64,000 nt of DNA, from assembly GCF_009914755.1 (NCBI RefSeq), contig NC_060935.1. One strand, 5' to 3'. The notes below the pieces were generated by a model that had not been told where the DNA came from, searched no databases, and saw only the letters and a list, made by a program, of their open reading frames with translations. The position numbers were made by a program, and so were the translations under genes. The stretch is from the human T2T-CHM13v2.0 reference genome, Homo sapiens. The stretch's first letter is position 1. Every line of letters begins with the position of its first letter. Of the stretch, positions 57,908 to 64,000 are shown in pieces.

Positions 57908-58362
57908 CTTTGTGGTTTTATCTACTTTTGGTCTTTGATGATGGTGATGTACAGATGGGTTTTCGGTGTAGATGTCCTTTCTGGTTGTTAGTTTTCCTTC
58001 TAACAGACAGGACCCTCAGCTGCAGGTCTGTTGGAATACCCTGCCGTGTGAGGTGTCAGTGTGCCCCTGCTGGGGGGTGCCTCCCAGTTAGGCTGCTCGG
58101 GGTTCAGGGGTCAGGGACCCACTTGAGGAGGCAGTCTGCCCGTTCTCAGATCTCCAGCTGCGTGCTGGGAGAACCACTGCTCTCTTCAAAGCTGTCAGAC
58201 AGGGACACTTAAGTCTGCAGAGGTTACTGCTGTCTTTTTGTTTGTCTGTGCCCTGCCCCCAGAGGTGGAGCCTACAGAGGCAGGCAGGCCTCCTTGAGCT
58301 GTGGTGGGCTCCACCCAGTTCGAGCTTCCTGGCTGCTTTGTTTACCTAAGCAAGCCTGGGCA

Positions 58363-58578
58363 ATGGCGGGCGCCCCTCCCCCAGCCTCGTTGCCGCCTTG
58401 CAGTTTGATCTCAGACTGCTGTGCTAGCAATCAGCGAGATTCCGTGGGCGTAGGACCCTCTGAGCCAGGTGTGGGATATAGTCTCGTGGTGCGCCGTTTC
58501 TTAAGCCGGTCTGAAAAGCGCAATATTCGGGTGGGAGTGACCCGATTTTCCAGGTGCGTCCGTCACCCCTTTCTTTGA
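58363..58578 (+). CDS. L1 ORF0, intact 71 aa (antisense in the 5'UTR)
   Basis: MAGAPPPASLPPCSLISDCCASNQRDSVGVGPSEPG...RHPFL*; Kozak gcaATGG. Confidence 0.85.
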   Translation: MAGAPPPASLPPCSLISDCCASNQRDSVGVGPSEPGVGYSLVVRRFLSRSEKRNIRVGVTRFSRCVRHPFL

Positions 58579-59194
58579 CTCGGAAAGGGAACTCCCTGAC
58601 CCCTTGCGCTTCCCAGGTGAGGCAATGCCTCGCCCTGCTTCGGCTCGCGCACGGTGCGCGCACACACTGGCCTGCGCCCACTGTCTGGCACTCCCTAGTG
58701 ACAGGAACCCGGTACCTCAGATGGAAATGCAGAAATCACCCGTCTTCTGCGTCGCTCACGCTGGGAGCTGTAGACCGGAGCTGTTCCTATTCGGCCATCT
58801 TGGCTCCTCCTCAACTTAATTACTTCTTTAAAGAGTTCAAATGCAGTCACATTCTGAGGTACTGGTGGTTAGAAATTCAACATATGAATTTACAGGAAGG
58901 GGATACAATTCAACCTGTAACAATAATGAACCCTCTCACTTTGGTTAATATCTTTGTTTCATATTTTAATATGTATCCTCAAGTTTTGTTCAAGTTGGAA
59001 ACCACTGCATTTTGTCTTTTTAATATGACCTTTCATGTGTCTGTTCTGATCTGTTATGGATCAAACTTTATAGTATATTGATCTTATAGTGTAAGTCTCA
59101 GGAGGTGAACTTAATTCCAATATTTTTAGGGGAAGGGTACCTTTTCATTACTCCCATGTAACACTTAATGTTTATTAAATACCTACAAAGCCCA

Positions 59195-62188
59195 GAGGCT
59201 TTGGTATATTGTGTTTCTATTTTCATTTCTTTCAATAACATTTTAAATTTTTAGTTTCCAAATTTCTCTTATGACTAATTTCCAGTTTTATTCCATTGTG
59301 GTCAGAAAAGATACTTGATATGATTTCAGTTTTAAAAAATTTGTTGAGACTTGTTTTGTGGCATAACATATAATCTATCCTGGAGAATGTTTCATGTGCT
59401 GATGAGAAGGTTGTGTATTCTGGAGGTATTGGATAAAACATTCTATAAGTGTCTGTTAGGTCCATTTGGTCTGTATTACAGTTTAAATCCAGTTTTGGTT
59501 GATTTTCTATTTTGATAATCTGTTAAATGCTAATACAGTAGGCTGCTGGTGTTTCCACCTATTACTGTATTGGAGTCTGTCTCTCCCTTTAGATCTAATA
59601 CTTGCTTTACATATCTGAGTTCTCTGGTGTTGGGTGCATGTAAATTCACAATCGTTGTATCCTCTTACTGAATTGATTCATTTATCATTATATAATGGTG
59701 CCATCTGTTTTTACAGTTTTGGATTTAAAAGTCTATTTTATCTAATATAAGCGTAGTTACTCCTGCTTACTTTTGGTTTCCATTTGCATGGAGTATCTTT
59801 TTCCATCCTTTCACTTTTCATCTATGTGTGTCTTTGTAGTTGAAGTGAGTTTCTTGTAGATAGCACATGGTTATGTCCTGTTTGTTTTTGTCCATTCAAC
59901 AGTCTATCTCTCTTAATTGAGGAACTTAATTCATTCACTTTCAATGTTATTATTGATAGGTGAGGACTTACTTCTGTCATTTTATTGTTTTCTGGTTGTT
60001 TTGCATTTCTCTTCCTCGTTTCTTTATCTCTTACTGTTTATCTTTGTGTGGTTTGCTTGGTGACAAATTTTAGTTACTTTCTCTTTCGCATCTGTGTATC
60101 TGCTCTACTAGTGGGTTCTATACTTTTGTTTGTTCTCCTGATGGTAGTTATTGCCCTTTGGCTTTCAGATATAGGGCTCCCTTAATCATTTCTTGTAAGA
60201 CCAGTCTAGTGGTGATAAATTTCCTTTTTGCTTCTCTGGGAAAGACTTTGTTTCTCCTTCATTTCTGAGGGATAGTTTTGTTGGGTGTAGTATTCTTGAT
60301 TGACAGTTTTTTTTATTTTCTTTTAGCACTTTGACTATATTATCACATTGTTTCCTTGCCCACAAGATTTCTGCTGATAAATATGCTGTTAGTATAATGA
60401 AGATTCCCTTATATTTGAGTTGACACTCTTCTCTTGCTGTTTTTACACTTCTCTCTTGCTGTTTTTACACTTCTCTCTTTGTCCTTGAATTTTGACAGTT
60501 TGACTATAAAGTGCTTCAGAGAGAATCTTTTGAAGTTGAATCTGTTTACGGGCATTTGAGGTTCTTGAATTCATATGTGTACATATTTCCTAAGACTTGA
60601 AAAGTTTCCAGCTAATATTTTATTAGAGTTTCTCTGCCTTTTCCCTCTCTTCTTCTCAAACTCCCATAATTAAACATTAGTTCACATAATGGTATTTTAT
60701 AAAGTCCATAGGCTTTCTTCATTCTTTTTTATTTTTCTTACTCTCGCTCTCTCTTTTTGTCTGATTGGGTTATTTCAAAAGACTTGTTTTCAAGTTCAGA
60801 AGTTCTTTCTTTTGCTTGATCTAGTCTGTTGTTGAAGCTGTTGATTATATTTTTTATTCAATTTATATAATTCTTCACCTCCAAGATTTCTGTTTTTTAA
60901 TGGTATCTGTCTCTTTGTTGAATTTCTCACTAAGATCTTGAATTGTTTTTCTGATTTTGTTAAATTGTCTATCTGTATTTGCTTGTATCTTGCTGAGTTT
61001 TCTTATACTCATTGTTTTGAATTCCTTTTCAGGCATTTCATAGATTTTCTTCTTTAGGGTCTGTTACAGGAGAATTCCTTTGGAGGTGTTATGTTTCCCT
61101 GCTTTTTCACGTTTCTTGTGTTCCTTTATTAGCATCTGTGCATCTGCTGGAGCAGTTGCCTCTTCCAATTTTACAGACTAGCTTTTGTAGAGAAAGACTT
61201 TTTCGTGTGAGTCTGTCCTATAGTGTCGATTGGGTAAAGTGGTTTGGATTTGGTTACCGGTGGCTGCAGTAGTGTAGTATCAATGTGATTTCTTTGGCTG
61301 TAATCAATATCAATGGTGTTTGTAGAGACAGTGATGTGGCTTTGCTGGGGTTGGGGAATGATAGGTGGACTGGTTCTCAGGCCCTGGTAGGGTATGTGTT
61401 GGGCATGGTAGCTCTGCTGGTCATCAGTACAGTATTGCCAGTGGTGGCAAGCATTGGGTGATCAGTCCTTGGGTAATGGGGGCATGCATGGCAGTGCCCC
61501 TGGTCTTAGGGGAGGTTTATTTCCTATTCTACACTACCTGTTTCTTGGGGTGCAGGGCACTGTGTGGGCTTAGGTTCAGGGTTTGCAGCTGAACCACTGA
61601 ATCTAGATGGAGTCTTGGATTCCTGGCTTTGTAGTCTTTTGTCTGGTGGAATGATGGCAGGGCTCCAGGTATGTGGATATGCCAGGACACTGGCTTCCAG
61701 AACAGAATTCACTTTATTGGTGGCTCTGCTCTCAGCATGATGCAGTTCCATAGTAGCTTGGGTCCTGGGGAGGGAAGAACCCAGCATGATTTCCTACTCT
61801 GGAGCAATGGAGCTGTGTGGACTCCAGGCAGCTTTTGTATACTGGGCTTAGGGACTGTGAGGACCGTGGGGACTGTGGGGGTCTTTTGTACCTAGGATTT
61901 CAGGCATCTGCAGTGGTAATGAGGACTGCTAGGGATCTCCTGACTACCTTTCCCCCTTTTCCCCACTATAGGGAATCCCTCTTGGCTCTGAGCTGATCTT
62001 GACTGGGTGCTTCATTTCCTTCTCTATACTGCCATCTTGAATCTCCATGATTCAGAGGGTTTCGTCACTTCCTTGCTGAATTCTAGTGTTCCGCGTTAGA
62101 CGCTGTACTCAAAGTGTAGTTATTTGTTTGTTGTTTTGTCCTTCTTTGTGGAGGAGGTGAGCTTTGACACTTCTAGGCAGCCATCTTG
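59195..62188 (-). mobile_element. 5' half of an ancient L1M (5'UTR, ORF1 remnant, ORF2 endonuclease remnant)
   Basis: ORF 59232-59465 (MDLTDTYRMFYP...FSDHNGIKLEI) is L1 EN; minus-strand CAAGATGGC (YY1-type L1 start) at 62188-62180. Confidence 0.75.
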
Positions 62189-62619
62189 TTGACAACATCT
62201 TCCATGTACCTTCCTTAGGCACAATTATACTGTCTCCATCCTGCCATACTCAGGTACTTATGGTGTTGCCCAATGTCTGGATTAAACTGGAAGCTGGAGG
62301 TTGAGGGTACTCTGGTGATGCAGTCCAAATGGCTCATTCACTTGGAGCACAATGTGGGGCTGAGGAAGGAAAAGATGGATTTTCTTGGGGCTTCTTTACA
62401 CCTTCCTTTCCACACTGTACAAGGTACCTGGTTCTCCAGGCCTTGTAGGCAGATGGGTGAGCATGGTCTCCTACAACTTCCTTTTCCCTGGAATTCCACA
62501 GAGGGAACTGAGGATGAGGTGAGGTCTTTGGATGACCTACTCTTCAGCCTTTGATGCAAATTTCATCACTCTTGATTCACAATCTCGTTAGCTCTTTCTG
62601 CCCTACCAATTACTCCAGA

Positions 62620-63075
62620 TTTGTTTATTAATTTTTTTTTGTGTCAATATGGCTGGATCACAGAGTGCTGAGATATTTGGCTAAACATTATTCCTCGGTG
62701 TGTCTGTTAGTGTTTTTCTGAATGATATTAACATTTAAACTATTCGACTGAGTAAAGCCCTCCCCTATGAGGTGGGCATCATGCAATTCATGGAAGAACC
62801 AAATAGAACAAAAAGGAGGAGGAAGGGTAAATTTTTTTCTCTTTCTACCTGATTGCTGAAGCTGGAGCTGGGAAATTATTATTTTCCTAGCCTTGGACTA
62901 AGACTTGTTCTTGCTCTTCAGACTTTTGGATTGGTACTGAAACTATAACACTGACTTTCCTTAGTCTCTAGCTTGTGGATGGCAGAGTGTGATAGCCTCC
63001 ATAATTGTGTGAGCCAATTCCTCATCTCTCTCTATTTTATTGGCTCCGTTTTTCTGAAGACCCCTGACTATACAG
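62620..63075 (+). mobile_element. MLT2 (ERVL) LTR
   Basis: tgtgtcaa...gatatttggctaaacattattc...ccataattgtgtgagccaattcctc...ccctgactataca. Confidence 0.8.
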
Positions 63076-63089
63076 CAGTGTCTAATGTG

Positions 63090-63720
63090 TCTAAGGTAAT
63101 ATTTTAAGCAGAGAGAATGGCCAATGTCAGCGTATCCGGACATTTTGAGGACCAGCAAGGAGGCTACTGTGGCTGCGGGTAAGTGGGAGAAAAGATGGAA
63201 AAGGCAGGGAAAGTCATGTTCCCTGTTGGCCCTTGAGAGGCCTTTGGCTTTTATTCTAACCATGATGGGGAACCATAGGAACCATAGGAGGGTTTTGATT
63301 AGAGAAGTAAAGTGATTTGACTTATAGTTTTAACAAGATTAGAATTTGTTGACTGATTGGGCATGAGGATTTAGAGGAAGAGATAAATGAAAGATAATTC
63401 TAAGAGTTTGCCTTGAAGTGTAGAGTTGCCATTAAGCAAGCTGAGAAAGACTGTAAGAGGAGTGGATTTTGGAGGAGGATTGTGAGTTCTTGAGATAACA
63501 TTGTATTTAACGGTGTGCAAAGCATCTCAAATGTTTTAACTCACTTAATTCTGCCAAGAACATTACCAGCTTCATATTATTATTCTCAACTTCAAATGAG
63601 AAAATGGAGTCAGAGAGGTTATGAAATGTGCCCCAAATCACACAGGTTGCAAGAGGTGGGGCTAGAATTTAAAGCAATGTTACGGCACTCCAACACCTGG
63701 GTTTTTAACCAGTACCCCAC
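63090..63720. mobile_element. L2 followed by MIR fragments
   Basis: tttgaggaccagcaaggaggc...ctttggcttttattct; tattattattctc...atgagaaaatggagtcagagaggtta. Confidence 0.6.
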
Positions 63721-63877
63721 ACCACAGCTCAACATTAGATGGATAATAATGGCCATGATAACCATACTCACTCATTAAGAATGAAGCCCAATGAGTATCT
63801 TCCAATTTGACCTCTTCTTCTTCCTCCTTGGGTGGGTGGATGAAGGAAATGCCCAAGATAAGGGACCTGATCTCCAC

Positions 63878-64000
63878 TGTGCTAGTTGGCTTGGGCTACC
63901 ATAACAAAATGCCATGGACTGGGTAGCTTAAACATAAGAAAATATATATTTTCATGGTATGGAGGCTTGAAGTAGAAGATCAAAGTTTGATTTATTGATT
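63878..64000 (-). mobile_element. MLT1 LTR end (runs off the window)
   Basis: tgtgctagttggcttgggctaccataacaaaatgccatggactgggtagcttaaac. Confidence 0.8.

Noticed and set aside
60424-60477. Short direct repeats (also near 33415, 32786 and 40225)
   Set aside because: Ordinary slippage duplications, mostly within decayed repeats.
62200-64000. RAG1 promoter or exon 1
   Set aside because: Not recognised in the window; the end is MLT2/L2/MIR/MLT1 sequence. RAG1 proximity is inferred from known synteny only.

Overview
Human genomic DNA (it carries a human-specific L1HS-Ta element). The window holds the 5' end of TRAF6 on the minus strand: non-coding exon 1 in a CpG island at ~11.2-11.45 kb, an optional 93-nt 5'UTR exon at 2179-2271, and the first coding exon at 1680-1997 (RING domain). 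The ~52 kb upstream of TRAF6 runs, from known synteny at 11p12, toward RAG1 (+ strand, outside the window). That stretch is mostly repeats: a full-length L1HS-Ta with a premature stop in ORF2, two twin-primed 5'-inverted L1PA copies, a full-length THE1 provirus, many Alu/MaLR/ERV LTRs, MADE1, MER1 and MER44; a near-complete Tigger1 lies in TRAF6 intron 1. The most notable non-repeat signals are: (i) a dense E-box/FOXO/EBF/ETS cluster at ~42.2-42.55 kb that looks like a B-lymphoid RAG enhancer; (ii) a chain of + strand splice-competent exons starting at the TRAF6 CpG island, consistent with a divergent long RAG1-directed transcript; (iii) the L1HS antisense promoter and intact ORF0 pointing at RAG1; (iv) an 8-unit hairpin minisatellite just inside TRAF6 intron 1; (v) a 1.5 kb compound palindromic, Z-DNA-prone VNTR. 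No prokaryote-type systems, RNA genes or further host CDS could be supported. Repeat subfamily names come from recognising consensus sequences by eye, and boundaries are approximate unless TSDs are given.
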